DNA of 61,711 nucleotides, filler included, from 4 parts of 4 records of this genome joined end to end with filler, not necessarily neighbours in it, one strand, 5' to 3'. Numbered from the whole stretch's first letter, positions 1-10,005 are shown. The notes: generated from the letters alone by a model not told the origin. Program-made: numbers and translations.

Positions 1-165
1 ACCCGCGATCAGGCGATCACCTATCTGCAGCAACGTGAGGCAGAGCTGACCAACCAACTGTCCCAAACCGAAGCCGAATTGCGGGCCGCGATGGATGGAT
101 TGCGCGATGCACGTCACGAGGCCGAAGAAATGCGGGCCTATATTGATCGTCAAAAGGGCGCTTGA
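1..165 (+). CDS. 3' end of a hypothetical coiled-coil protein (partial)
   Basis: Frame 1 is open from base 1: TRDQAITYLQQREAELTNQLSQTEAELRAAMDGLRDARHEAEEMRAYIDRQKGA*. Heptad-like composition; not in the ORF track because it lacks a start. Confidence 0.7.
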   Translation, partial: TRDQAITYLQQREAELTNQLSQTEAELRAAMDGLRDARHEAEEMRAYIDRQKGA

Positions 166-210
166 GCGCAGCAACGCTGGCACGCACCAAAGCCCCCGGT
201 CGGGGCAGTT

Positions 211-669
211 TCACTTGATCAATCTTTTGCGAACTTCCGGGTCAGGAACAAAACAAAGGTTCGCCGTTCCGAACCAACGATACCGATTGCGCGCGACAAA
301 TCGGTAAAGGACGTTCCGCACTGAACGGGGCAGAATTAGAACAACGCTTAAGCTACGCCAGCCCCCGCCAAGCCGCCGACCCACATGCGCCAAGGCATCC
401 AGCGCGGAATAGGCGCGCCCCTCGTCCAGAAAGAGCCAGGAGTTCGGGTCTTTCGGATCAAGGTCATAGTGCTGCATCAATGCTGCCCCAAGCTCCGATT
501 GCAGTGGGACAATCCGAAATTCGCCGCGGTGATCATTGCGGGCAATCCACATCGCGCTGCGTGCGCAGAGGGCACAGTTTGCGTCCATAACACAGACCGG
601 CCCCTCATCAGAAAACGCCGGAACATCCGGCGCATCCCGATAGGAATATTGAGTGTTTCTTAACGTCAT
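211..669 (-). CDS. DCC1-like thiol-disulfide oxidoreductase (DUF393)
   Basis: DxxCxxC motif (MDANCALC) and C-terminal YRFVARNRYRWFG signature; start moved to ATG 669. Confidence 0.9.
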   Translation of the reverse strand: MTLRNTQYSYRDAPDVPAFSDEGPVCVMDANCALCARSAMWIARNDHRGEFRIVPLQSELGAALMQHYDLDPKDPNSWLFLDEGRAYSALDALAHVGRRLGGGWRSLSVVLILPRSVRNVLYRFVARNRYRWFGTANLCFVPDPEVRKRLIK

Positions 670-757
670 GGCCGAACATCTGCCGTGCATAGGCAGAAAA
701 ATCAACAACTTTTAGTTGTTTTCACTGCGGCTGTTGCAAGATTAACGGTTGACTGAG

Positions 758-1204
758 TCAAGCAACTGTCAAGCAGGCACATTTTGCGTGGTGGGCCACA
801 TGGGCCGATGTGCTGCCCATCATCAGAGCCGTCAGATTGCCCAAGCCGCGCCGCCCCGTCACAATCAGATCAGCGCCAACCGCATTGGCACAATCCAGCA
901 TATCATGGGCCGGATCACCGCCGCCGACATGAGGCACCAGTTTTGCACCACCTGCCGCGTCGGCAATGGCCTGCGCCTGCGCAAAAACCTTGTCCGAAGC
1001 TTCTTTGATCTCTTCTGGTTTGGGCATGGTCGTCGCCACATGATACCCCGCCACGGCCCCCAAAGCGAAAGCAACCGTTTCATGCACAGGCGTATGTGAC
1101 AGATGCACTGCTGAGCCGTATTTCTGCGCGAGGTCGCAGGCCACTTTCAGGGCGTTCTGCGACGGCTCGGACCCGTCAAAACCGACTACGATATTGCTAA
1201 ACAT
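758..1204 (-). CDS. universal stress protein (UspA family)
   Basis: IVVGFDGSEPS start, ADLIVTGRRGLG...MGSTS...CACLTV end; 148 aa. Confidence 0.95.
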   Translation of the reverse strand: MFSNIVVGFDGSEPSQNALKVACDLAQKYGSAVHLSHTPVHETVAFALGAVAGYHVATTMPKPEEIKEASDKVFAQAQAIADAAGGAKLVPHVGGGDPAHDMLDCANAVGADLIVTGRRGLGNLTALMMGSTSAHVAHHAKCACLTVA

Positions 1205-1262
1205 ACCTCATCTCCCTTTTGATCCGTTATCATAATTATGCCGCAAGAAAGGCGGCATCACC

Positions 1263-1276
1263 TTGATCCACATCAA
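1263..1276. promoter_or_regulatory. FNR/FnrL-type binding site upstream of usp
   Basis: Perfect TTGAT-ccac-ATCAA about 60 nt upstream of the usp start; AT-rich -10-like CATAAT at ~1235-1240 on the minus strand. Confidence 0.8.
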
Positions 1277-1312
1277 CAGAGATTTATTGGATATTTGTCA
1301 GATGCTTGCGCC

Positions 1313-1756
1313 TTACCAACGGCTCAACGCATCCTCGTCTTCGTCCTTTGACGCAACCCAATCTGCCCCTTGCGCCGTGACTTCCCGCTTCCAGAACGGG
1401 GCGCGGGATTTGAGGTAATCCATCAAGAATTCCGCCGCCTCAAAGGCATTTTTGCGGTGCCGTGCGGCGGTGGCGACCATCATGATCATCTCACCGGGGT
1501 ACAGCCGCCCATAGCGGTGGATCACCAGAACATCGCCCAGCGAAAACCGTGCAACCGCGGTTTGTGCCATCTCGCGCAGGGCGCTTTCGGTCATTCCGGG
1601 ATAATGTTCGATTTCCATGACCTCAAGCGGATCATCCGGCAGATCCCGCACAACGCCTGTAAAGGTCACAATCGCGCCCATATCCGTATGGCCTTGGGCA
1701 AAATCAGTGCTTTCTTTGCCCAGATCAAATGGCGCGTCCTGAACCGAGATACGCAT
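1313..1756 (-). CDS. moaE: molybdopterin synthase catalytic subunit
   Basis: GAIVTFTGVVR, EHYPGM, HRYGRL, MDYLKSRAPFWKRE motifs. Confidence 0.97.
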   Translation of the reverse strand: MRISVQDAPFDLGKESTDFAQGHTDMGAIVTFTGVVRDLPDDPLEVMEIEHYPGMTESALREMAQTAVARFSLGDVLVIHRYGRLYPGEMIMMVATAARHRKNAFEAAEFLMDYLKSRAPFWKREVTAQGADWVASKDEDEDALSRW

Positions 1757-1759
1757 CCG

Positions 1760-2008
1760 TTAGCCACCTGTCATTGGCGGAAAGAATGCCACTTCGCGTG
1801 CGCCGTCCAGCGACGCGTCAAAATCCGTTAGGGTCTGATCAACGGCAACCCGCAGCGCGGTCAGATCGGAAAACGCCAGATCATAGCGATCTTCGCGGGC
1901 CCGCAGTTCGGCAACCAGATCCGCAACTGTCTTGGCCTCGGTTTCGATCTTTTCGCGCGGAAGTCCAATGCGTTCACGGACCCACGCAAAATACAAAACG
2001 TCCATCAT
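1760..2008 (-). CDS. moaD: molybdopterin synthase sulfur carrier subunit
   Basis: LYFAWVRE start and EVAFFPPMTGG C-terminal diglycine; adjacent to moaE. Confidence 0.97.
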   Translation of the reverse strand: MMDVLYFAWVRERIGLPREKIETEAKTVADLVAELRAREDRYDLAFSDLTALRVAVDQTLTDFDASLDGAREVAFFPPMTGG

Positions 2009-2670
2009 TGTCCCTCCCGAAGATGTGGCAGCGCCTTGCGCAGGTAATCATATCCCGTCACCGCCGTCAGCGCCGCCGCAATCCACAGCAACCACAGGCC
2101 AAGCCATCCAGCCCATTCCATGCCTTCCAGCTTCCAACGCAGGCCAAGCACGTCCTCTTCCTCGCCGTTCAGAACCGCATCAATCATTGCCTCGTCCATG
2201 CCAAAGACTGACATGCCGAGGTAATGTTCAAAAACGCCCTGAGCAAAAAGCACAGTGATCGCGGTCATCTGAAAGGTCGTCTTCCATTTGGCCAGTTGCG
2301 TGACCTTCAGTGTGCCCGCCACATCGCCAAGGAATTCCCGCAGGCCGGAAACAAACACCTCGCGGAACAGGATCACAGTGGACGGCAGGATCAGCCAGGG
2401 CGACCAGCTTGAGAATGCGATGATCACCATCAGCGCAATGACCACCATCGCCTTGTCGGCAATCGGGTCCAGCATCGCGCCCAGTTTGGTTTCCTGTTTC
2501 CACGCCCGCGCCAAATAGCCATCAAACCAATCGGTGATCGCTGCCGACAGGAACAACAGAAGCGCAAACCAATCCGCATAAGGCCGGGTGAAATACAAAA
2601 ACATCACCGCCACGCCGGGCGCAGCGACCAGACGCAGGACAGTCAGGATATTGGGCAGATTCCACTTCAT
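2005..2670 (-). CDS. pgsA: CDP-diacylglycerol--glycerol-3-phosphate 3-phosphatidyltransferase
   Basis: NLPNILT start, TDWFDGYLAR...GAMLDPIADK CDP-alcohol phosphotransferase motif; uvrC-pgsA-moaDE order. Confidence 0.96.
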   Translation of the reverse strand: MKWNLPNILTVLRLVAAPGVAVMFLYFTRPYADWFALLLFLSAAITDWFDGYLARAWKQETKLGAMLDPIADKAMVVIALMVIIAFSSWSPWLILPSTVILFREVFVSGLREFLGDVAGTLKVTQLAKWKTTFQMTAITVLFAQGVFEHYLGMSVFGMDEAMIDAVLNGEEEDVLGLRWKLEGMEWAGWLGLWLLWIAAALTAVTGYDYLRKALPHLREGQ

Positions 2671-2746
2671 GTCGGCACCCTACAGTGACCTTTCAGGACG
2701 TAAAAGCATCAAGATTGCCCCAAAGGCAGCCAAGGGCATCGGGCCA

Positions 2747-4612
2747 CTACCCGCGCTCATGGAAAAAAGCGTAAATCGTTTCGGCCAAGGCATCTGAAAC
2801 ACCATCAACAGCCTTCAGGTCGCTGAGGGCCGCGCGGCCAACTGCCTTGGCCGAGCCGAAATGCGCAAGCAGCGCTCGTTTGCGGGCCGCACCCACGCCG
2901 GGCACATCATCAAGCGGTGTCGCGCCAACAGCCTTGGCCCGTTTCGCGCGATGCGTGCCAATGGCAAAACGGTGCGCCTCGTCGCGCATACGCTGCACAA
3001 AGTACAGCACCGGATCATTGTGGCGCAGGGCCATCGGGCGTTTGCCAACGCGGTGGAATTCTTCCTTGCCCGCATCGCGGTCCACCCCTTTGGCCACGCC
3101 CACCATCGGAATATCCTCAACCCCGTATTCGCGCATGATCGAGGCAACGGCACTGACCTGCCCTGCCCCGCCATCAATCAAAAGCAGATCCGGCCACATG
3201 CCCTGACTGCGATCGGGATCTTCTTTGATCAACCGTTTGAACCGGCGGGTGAGCACCTCTTTCATCATGCCAAAGTCGTCACCGGGGGTCAGATCCTCAC
3301 CTCGGATGTTGAACTTGCGGTACTGGTTTTTCATAAACCCGTCCGGCCCCGCCACGATCATGCCGCCAACCGCATTGGTCCCTTGGATGTGCGAGTTGTC
3401 ATAAACCTCGATCCGCTGTGGCGGTTCGGGCAGATCAAAGGCATCCATCAACCCCTGAAGCAGTTTTGTCTGTGTGGCGGTTTCCGCCATCTTGCGGGCC
3501 AGAGATTCCCGCGCGTTGCGCAGGGCGCCATCGACCAGATCGGCCTTTTCCCCGCGTTTCGGCACGATCAACTCAACCTTGCGGCCCAGTTTACCAGTCA
3601 AAGCATCCGCCATCAGATCGGGATTCTCGATCTCGTTGCTGAGGATCAACTGGCGCGGCGGTTCGCGGGTGTCGTAAAACTGGCCGATAAAGGCCTCAAG
3701 CACCTCGGCCGCATCCACATCGGCACCGACGCGTGGATAATAATCACGGTTGCCCCAGTTCTGATTGGCGCGGATGAAGAACACCTGCACGCAGGCCTGA
3801 CCACTGTCCATATGCAGCGCGATGATATCAGCCTCGGACACGCCTTTTGGGTTGATGCCCTGCGCGGTTTGCACCTGCGTCAGGGCTTTGATCCGGTCTC
3901 GCAACGCCGCCGCCCGCTCAAACTCCATCTCTTCGGAGGCGGCGGACATCTCACTGGCCAGACGCGCCTGAATATCGGTGGTTTTGCCCGACAGGAATTT
4001 TTCCGCGTCCCGTACTGTCTGGCGGTATTCCTCGGGACTGACCTTGCCCACGCAAGGGGCCGAACACCGTTTGATCTGATGTTGCAGACAGGGGCGTGTC
4101 CGGCTTTCGAACATGGCGTTGGAACAATCGCGCAGCAAGAACACCCGCTGCAATTGGTTCAACGTCCTGTTGACCGCACCGGCGCTGGCGAAGGGGCCAT
4201 AATAGCTGCCTTTTTCTTTCTTCGCGCCGCGATGTTTCTTGATCTGCGGATAATCGTGGTCTGCCGTTACCAGAATATTGGGAAAGCTTTTGTCGTCGCG
4301 CAGCAGCACGTTGAACTTCGGCTTGAGCTGTTTGATCAGGTTCTGCTCAAGCAGCAGCGCTTCTGTCTCTGTCTTGGTGGTCAGAAACATCATCGACGCG
4401 GTGTTGGCGATCATCCGAGAAATGCGCCCTGAATGGCCAGTGGGGCGGGCGTAACTGCTGACCCGCGCCCGCAGATTTCGGGCTTTGCCAACGTAAAGAA
4501 CACGGCTTTCGCTATCGAGCATCCGGTAAACACCGGGTGATGCGTCGATGGTCTTCAGATACCCCTGAATGACCTCACTTCCAGTTTTTGGAATATCCGA
4601 TTCGCTGTTCAT
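2747..4612 (-). CDS. uvrC: excinuclease ABC subunit C
   Basis: GIY-YIG (PGVYRM...YVGKARNL), RIEVYDNSH, LIDGGAGQ, RDEAHRFAI, C-terminal HhH. Confidence 0.98.
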   Translation of the reverse strand: MNSESDIPKTGSEVIQGYLKTIDASPGVYRMLDSESRVLYVGKARNLRARVSSYARPTGHSGRISRMIANTASMMFLTTKTETEALLLEQNLIKQLKPKFNVLLRDDKSFPNILVTADHDYPQIKKHRGAKKEKGSYYGPFASAGAVNRTLNQLQRVFLLRDCSNAMFESRTRPCLQHQIKRCSAPCVGKVSPEEYRQTVRDAEKFLSGKTTDIQARLASEMSAASEEMEFERAAALRDRIKALTQVQTAQGINPKGVSEADIIALHMDSGQACVQVFFIRANQNWGNRDYYPRVGADVDAAEVLEAFIGQFYDTREPPRQLILSNEIENPDLMADALTGKLGRKVELIVPKRGEKADLVDGALRNARESLARKMAETATQTKLLQGLMDAFDLPEPPQRIEVYDNSHIQGTNAVGGMIVAGPDGFMKNQYRKFNIRGEDLTPGDDFGMMKEVLTRRFKRLIKEDPDRSQGMWPDLLLIDGGAGQVSAVASIMREYGVEDIPMVGVAKGVDRDAGKEEFHRVGKRPMALRHNDPVLYFVQRMRDEAHRFAIGTHRAKRAKAVGATPLDDVPGVGAARKRALLAHFGSAKAVGRAALSDLKAVDGVSDALAETIYAFFHERG

Positions 4613-4672
4613 GAGTTCCGCCTGATTCTTAGCCTTTGCTGCAACAGGAAGCCGCAGTTAACAAGTGTGAAC

Positions 4673-4707
4673 ATACCCACGGAACTTGTGGATAAGTCTG
4701 ATGATAA
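4673..4707. promoter_or_regulatory. cluster of three DnaA boxes (DARS-core-like geometry)
   Basis: ATACCCACG-5nt-TGTGGATAA-3nt-TGATGATAA. The central box is a perfect reverse TTATCCACA; the flanking boxes have 3 and 2 mismatches. Confidence 0.6.
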
Positions 4708-4900
4708 CTTCTGATCAACGCAGTTTTCTCTTTGTTTTCGGCAGGGTTCGTCGTTTTGCCTAAAAAATAGGCACTGCAGTAAGGCGCTGTTTTTATTGAT
4801 TATTTTTTTGACCGCTCGTCCAAATTATTGAAATCACTTGATTTTTGCAACAAAACTGCAATCTTTGCGTGTCCGGTGCAGAACTTTGCCGCCGCGTAGG

Positions 4901-5680
4901 TCACTCGACCCCAAGAACATCCGGTGTTTTCCAGCCCAGATGTTGCCCGCCATCCACGCAAAGCAGCTGACCGGTGACCGCAGGCGCGTTCAAAAAGTAG
5001 CTGAGCGCCGAGGTGATTCCCCTTGCATCCGCACCGCGCTGCAAAACCGTATTGCGCCGCTGCGCCGCGAAATGCGCGTCGCTTTGCCGGCTGCCTTGCA
5101 ACGTAGGCCCCGGCCCGATCGCATTCACCCGGATCGCGGGGGCAAGCGCCTGCGCGGTGGTTTGGGTCATCGCCCAAAGGCCCATCTTGGCCAGCGTATA
5201 GGTCATGAACTCAGGCGTCAGCTTGCGCACCCGTTGATCCACCATATTGACGATCAACCCGACCGCCTGCGGCTCACCATTCTCATCAAACTCCGGCGCG
5301 AGCCCCTGCGCGGCCATGGCCTGTGTCAGCACAAATGGTGCCCGCAGATTGCTGCCCAAATGCCGGTCCCAGCTTTCCAGCGTGGCGGATTGCACGGTGT
5401 CATATTCAAAGATCGACGCGTTGTTGACCAGACAGGTGATTGGCCCACCCAGCGCCTCAACCGCCAGAGGGAAAAGCGACTGCATCTGATCCTCGTCCAA
5501 CAAATCCGCCTGCAGCGCCACGGCGCGGCCACCTGCGGCCTCGATCCGCCAGACGGTTTCATCGGCCCCATCCGCAGAGCTGGCAAAATGCACCGCCACA
5601 TCATAGCCCTGCGCAGCAAGCTCAAGCGCCATAGCGCGGCCCAAACGATGCCCTGCCCCTGTTACCAATGCGCCTTTCAT
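4901..5680 (-). CDS. SDR family oxidoreductase (pteridine reductase/FolM-like)
   Basis: TGAGHRLG, LVNNAS, YTLAK catalytic YxxxK, VTGQLLCVDGG. Confidence 0.88.
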   Translation of the reverse strand: MKGALVTGAGHRLGRAMALELAAQGYDVAVHFASSADGADETVWRIEAAGGRAVALQADLLDEDQMQSLFPLAVEALGGPITCLVNNASIFEYDTVQSATLESWDRHLGSNLRAPFVLTQAMAAQGLAPEFDENGEPQAVGLIVNMVDQRVRKLTPEFMTYTLAKMGLWAMTQTTAQALAPAIRVNAIGPGPTLQGSRQSDAHFAAQRRNTVLQRGADARGITSALSYFLNAPAVTGQLLCVDGGQHLGWKTPDVLGVE

Positions 5681-5690
5681 GGCGGCCTCC

Positions 5691-6647
5691 TCAGATCAAA
5701 ACAACAATCAGATAGAGGGCATATAGGGCGCTGAGGGCAATTCCCCAGAGACGGGTGATGTCCATTTTCAAATATACAAACGGGATCAGCAGCAACGATG
5801 CGCCCAGCATCACCCACAGATCAAACCGCAAGAACTCAGGATCAACCGAGATCGGCCCGACCAGCGAGGCAATCCCGATAATGGCCAGCAGGTTGAACAT
5901 GTTCGATCCGATGACATTACCCAATGCCACATCGGCCTGACGGCGCAACGCAGCCATCACTGTTGTGGCCAGTTCCGGCAAGGATGTCCCGATTGCAACA
6001 AGCGTGAGGCCAATGACCGTGTCGCTCACGCCGTAGGCTTGCGCAATCACGGTGGCGTTGTCCACCAAGAGCCCCGCACCCACCGGTAACCCGATCAGCC
6101 CGAGCACCAGAAAAACCACGATCTGCCATCCCGGCATATCCGGATCTGCGCCTTCGGGTTCTTCATCCTCGTCAGGTTCACCTTTGCAGGCATTGCGGTG
6201 CGCTTTGGCATCGCGGAACGCATCGGCCAGCACATAGGCCAACCCGCCGAGCAGCACCAAACCGGCCAACCAGTCAAACACACCGCGAAACGCCAGTGCG
6301 ATAAACAGGATCGAAGCTGCGATCATGAAATTGTAGGTCTTGCGGGTGCGGCATTCGGATGTGTGCATCGTCGCCAAAAGCGCCGGAATACCCAAAACCA
6401 ATAGAATATTGGCGGTGTTCGACCCCACCACATTGCCCAGCGCAATACCGGGGGCATCGTCCAGAATGGCCTTGATCGAAATCAACAGCTCAGGCGCGGA
6501 GGTGCCAAAAGCCACAATCGTCAGACTGACAATCAAGGCTGGGACACCCAGCCGCAGCGACAGGTTCACCGCCCCTTTGACCAGCGCGTCACCCGCTAGC
6601 AAAAGGATCAGCAACCCCAAACCGGACAGTAGCCATGGCATCACCAT
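5691..6647 (-). CDS. calcium/sodium antiporter (CaCA, YrbG-like)
   Basis: Two alpha repeats GTSAPE...GNVVGSN and GTSLPE...GNVIGSN; highly hydrophobic. Confidence 0.93.
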   Translation of the reverse strand: MVMPWLLSGLGLLILLLAGDALVKGAVNLSLRLGVPALIVSLTIVAFGTSAPELLISIKAILDDAPGIALGNVVGSNTANILLVLGIPALLATMHTSECRTRKTYNFMIAASILFIALAFRGVFDWLAGLVLLGGLAYVLADAFRDAKAHRNACKGEPDEDEEPEGADPDMPGWQIVVFLVLGLIGLPVGAGLLVDNATVIAQAYGVSDTVIGLTLVAIGTSLPELATTVMAALRRQADVALGNVIGSNMFNLLAIIGIASLVGPISVDPEFLRFDLWVMLGASLLLIPFVYLKMDITRLWGIALSALYALYLIVVLI

Positions 6648-6811
6648 CAGCTTTTTCCTCCGCAGCTACAGGGGCCTTTGCCGATGCGATAGCGCCCGCA
6701 AGACCGGCATTTGGTCTGTGAAAACCGCTTCCCGCCGATCCAGTGCATTTTTCCGAACCATGCCAGCACCCCCATAAAGACGAGGAAAAGAAGGACGATT
6801 TTGAAAACCAT
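6647..6811 (-). CDS. small (54 aa) membrane-anchored Cys-rich protein
   Basis: Manual translation MVFKIVLLFLVFMGVLAWFGKMHWIGGKRFSQTKCRSCGRYRIGKGPCSCGGKS*. Starts 3 nt after the S49 peptidase stop; its TGA overlaps the antiporter ATG (TGATG). Confidence 0.8.
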   Translation of the reverse strand: MVFKIVLLFLVFMGVLAWFGKMHWIGGKRFSQTKCRSCGRYRIGKGPCSCGGKS

Positions 6812-6814
6812 GCG

Positions 6815-7612
6815 TTACAGTCCAAACCGCGCAAATGCGGCGCGTTCCTCAATGCCGTGAACGGCGTCCTGCACCATTTGCATGCCAAACCGTGACATCA
6901 AACCGCGACGAACGCCATAGCGGCGCAGTTTGACCTTGTCGCCAAAGCGGTCTTTCAGAACGGGGAGCAGATGGCCGATGCCATCAATCAGGCCCAGCTC
7001 CTGCGCCCGCCGCGCCAGCCAGATCTCACCGGTGAACAGGTCAAGATCCGCAGGCAGTTTGTCGCCGCGCCGGTCTTTGATGTGGTCGATGAAATTGGCG
7101 TGAATATCCTCAAGCAAGGTTTTCAGCCGCGCGACATCCTCGGGGTTTTCGGGGCGGAACGGGTCCAGCATGGATTTGGATTTACCGGCAGTATAGACGC
7201 GCCGCTCGACCCCGTGTTCCTTGATAAATTCATGCACGCCAAAGGAGGCAGAGATCACCCCGATGGAGCCGACAACCGAACTGGGATCCGCGTAAATCTC
7301 ATCTGCCGCTGCCGCCAGCCAATAGCCACCAGAGGCCGCGACATCCTCGACAAAGGCAATTACAGGTATCTCTTTTTCCGCCGCCAGCCGCCGGATGCGC
7401 GCGCCGATCAGTGACGATTGCACCGGACTGCCGCCTGGCGAATTCAGCTCAAGCGCAACTGCGTCAGGCTTGCCCTTGGCAAATGCTTTTTCAATGACAG
7501 GGGCAAGGGTTGCGTCATTCAACGCCCCGCGCCCCTGCGTGCCGATCACGCCAGAGAGGCGGATCACGGCAACAGTCGGATCGGATTTAAGGAAGGGCAG
7601 CCATCGTTTCAT
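6815..7612 (-). CDS. S49 family peptidase (SppA/SohB-like)
   Basis: LNSPGGS, DVAASGGYWLA, GSIGVI motifs; start moved to ATG 7612. Confidence 0.93.
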   Translation of the reverse strand: MKRWLPFLKSDPTVAVIRLSGVIGTQGRGALNDATLAPVIEKAFAKGKPDAVALELNSPGGSPVQSSLIGARIRRLAAEKEIPVIAFVEDVAASGGYWLAAAADEIYADPSSVVGSIGVISASFGVHEFIKEHGVERRVYTAGKSKSMLDPFRPENPEDVARLKTLLEDIHANFIDHIKDRRGDKLPADLDLFTGEIWLARRAQELGLIDGIGHLLPVLKDRFGDKVKLRRYGVRRGLMSRFGMQMVQDAVHGIEERAAFARFGL

Positions 7613-7665
7613 GACAACCCATGTAGAGCGGCCAGCCGCCGCAAACAAGGCGGCTGGCAAAAGGT

Positions 7666-8427
7666 TTATTGACGGATGCGCCAGCCGGTGCGGAATATCC
7701 ACCAAATCACAGTCAGACAAACGCCTGTGAAAAACCCGATTGCCACCAGCGACGTCAGGATCGGAACGTCAGCACTGCCGTAAAAGGACCAGCGGAACCC
7801 CGAGATCAGATAGACAACCGGATTGAACATCGAGACCGATTGCCAGATCTGCGGCAACATCGAGATCGAATAGAACGAACCGCCCAGAAAAATCAGCGGT
7901 GTGATCACCAGCAACGGCACAATCTGCAACTGTTCAAAATTGCCCGCCCAGACCCCAAGGATAAAGCCAAACAGCGAAAAGCTCACGCTGGTCAGCACCA
8001 GAAAGGCAATCATCGCTAGCGGATTCTGGATGGAGAAATCGACAAAGAAAAACGCCGTTACCAAAATGATCGCGCCAATGATCAACGCCTTGGTTGCCGC
8101 CGCCCCGACATAGCCCAGAACAATCTCGATAAAGCTGATGGGGGCCGACAGGATTTCAGAGAACGTGCCGAGGAACTTGGGGAAATATATCCCAAACGAT
8201 GCATTTGAGATAGATTGTGTGATCACCGTCAACATGATCAGCCCCGGCACGATAAAGGCCGCATAGGTGATCCCGTCCACCTCTTGAATGCGGCTGCCGA
8301 TCGCGCCGCCAAAAACAACAAAATACAGCGAGGTCGAGATCACCGGCGCAAGAAAGCTTTGCGCAATCGTGCGGAAAAATCTATACATCTCAAAGATGTA
8401 GATAGACTTGATTGCAGTCCAGTTCAT
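7666..8427 (-). CDS. ABC-2 type transporter permease (YadH-like)
   Basis: Six TM segments, [28 protein letters not shown]; overlaps the ATPase gene. Confidence 0.92.
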   Translation of the reverse strand: MNWTAIKSIYIFEMYRFFRTIAQSFLAPVISTSLYFVVFGGAIGSRIQEVDGITYAAFIVPGLIMLTVITQSISNASFGIYFPKFLGTFSEILSAPISFIEIVLGYVGAAATKALIIGAIILVTAFFFVDFSIQNPLAMIAFLVLTSVSFSLFGFILGVWAGNFEQLQIVPLLVITPLIFLGGSFYSISMLPQIWQSVSMFNPVVYLISGFRWSFYGSADVPILTSLVAIGFFTGVCLTVIWWIFRTGWRIRQ

Positions 8428-9353
8428 GCCGCATCCTCCTTGACCAGACCAACAAAGATATCCTCAAGGCTGGATTGCCGGGTTTGCACATCGCGCAGGA
8501 CAAGCCCCGCCTCCGCCACATCTGCCAGCAGTTTGGTGATGCCCGTGCGTTCGGATTTTGTGTCGTAGGTATAGATCAAGGTTGTGCCATCCTCTGACAG
8601 CTCCAGCGCATCTGATTGCAGGGCCGCTGGAATTTCCGTGATCGGATCGGTCAGCAGCACATCCAGCTGTTTCTGCCCCATCCGCGCCATCAGCGTGTCC
8701 TTGTCCTCCACCAACATCAATTCGCCATTGGCGATCACGCCCACACGGTCGGCAATCGCTTCGGCCTCTTCGATGTAGTGGGTCGTTAGGATAATGGTCA
8801 CACCGTCGGCCTTAAGCTTGGCGACGATATCCCACATGTCCTTGCGCAGTTCGACATCAACACCAGCAGTGGGTTCATCCAGAAACAACACCCGCGGATC
8901 ATGCGCCAAAGCTTTGGCAATCAGCACACGGCGCTTCATACCGCCGGACAACTCACGCACCTGATTGTCTTTCTTGTCCCAAAGTGACAGCTGGCGCAGC
9001 ACTTTTTCGATGGCGGCATCATCGCTTGGTTTGCCAAACAGGCCCCGCGAGAATCGCACGGTGTTGATCACCCGTTCAAAGGGCTCCAGGTTGATCTCCT
9101 GGGGCACCAGACCAATGATCGACCGTGCGGCGCGGTAGTTGGTGACAATGTCGTGCCCGTCCACGGTGACAGATCCCGACGTCGCCGTCGTGATCCCGCA
9201 AATCGTTGAAATCAGGGTGGTTTTACCCGCGCCATTTGGCCCGAGCAGCGCCAGAATTTCACCCTTCCGAATGGCAAGATTGATGCCTTTCAGCGCCTGA
9301 AACCCGCCTTTGTAGGATTTGCGCAACTCGTTGATCTGGACAATGTCCGGCAT
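8424..9353 (-). CDS. ABC transporter ATP-binding protein (YadG-like)
   Basis: Walker [17 protein letters not shown] signature, LDEPT. Confidence 0.95.
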   Translation of the reverse strand: MPDIVQINELRKSYKGGFQALKGINLAIRKGEILALLGPNGAGKTTLISTICGITTATSGSVTVDGHDIVTNYRAARSIIGLVPQEINLEPFERVINTVRFSRGLFGKPSDDAAIEKVLRQLSLWDKKDNQVRELSGGMKRRVLIAKALAHDPRVLFLDEPTAGVDVELRKDMWDIVAKLKADGVTIILTTHYIEEAEAIADRVGVIANGELMLVEDKDTLMARMGQKQLDVLLTDPITEIPAALQSDALELSEDGTTLIYTYDTKSERTGITKLLADVAEAGLVLRDVQTRQSSLEDIFVGLVKEDAA

Positions 9354-9415
9354 GCTCTTCTCCGCTTGTTGTGGCGGGGAACCTAGACCGGATATATCAA
9401 AGTGAACAGACCTGT

Positions 9416-9928
9416 TTAGTTTTTCTTCAGCCCGAACCAGCCTTTTTTGCCGCCCTCTTCGTCGTCCGGCGCCTCGGGCTCTTCTGCCGGGCCTTCCAAT
9501 GCGGTCTGCAAATTGTCAAAAAACTGATCGGCCATCTTTTTGGCAAAGCCGTCGATGATCCGGCTGCCAAGCTGCGCCAGCTTGCCGCCCACCTTGGCGT
9601 CCACATCATAGCTCAGCTCGGTGCCGCCATCCTTGGCCGCGAGCCGCACATCCGCGCCGCCCTTGGCAAACCCTGCCGCGCCTCCCTTGCCCGATCCGTC
9701 GATCTTCATCGCCTCGCCCGGCACCATGTCCGAGATCGTGACTTCGCCCTTAAAGGTCGCCTTCACCGGGCCGACCTTTTGCACAACGGTGGCCTGAAAC
9801 CCGTCTTCGACGGTGCCGGTTACCTCTTGTGCGCCCGGCACGCATTGCTTCAACACGTCGGGGTCGAGCAATGCGGCATATACCTCGGCCGGAGGGACAG
9901 CGATCTGGCGGGTGTCTGACATATGCAT
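9416..9928 (-). CDS. CoxG/SRPBCC family protein
   Basis: [38 protein letters not shown] motifs typical of CoxG. Confidence 0.88.
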   Translation of the reverse strand: MHMSDTRQIAVPPAEVYAALLDPDVLKQCVPGAQEVTGTVEDGFQATVVQKVGPVKATFKGEVTISDMVPGEAMKIDGSGKGGAAGFAKGGADVRLAAKDGGTELSYDVDAKVGGKLAQLGSRIIDGFAKKMADQFFDNLQTALEGPAEEPEAPDDEEGGKKGWFGLKKN

Positions 9929-10005
9929 GAGGCGGCTCCTTTTGGTGTTGGTCTCACGCTACGCATTTCTCTGGACAGGGGCAACGGGGCTGATAGGTCA
10001 AACCC

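Noticed and set aside
2861-4432. Long antisense ORFs (523 aa here; also 12590-13855, 26670-28016, 30227-31849, 33511-34773, 45394-46605)
   Set aside because: They lie opposite well-supported genes and have no motifs; typical shadow ORFs of high-GC codon bias.
9416-9928. coxG as evidence of CO oxidation
   Set aside because: No coxMSL nearby; stand-alone CoxG/SRPBCC genes are common.
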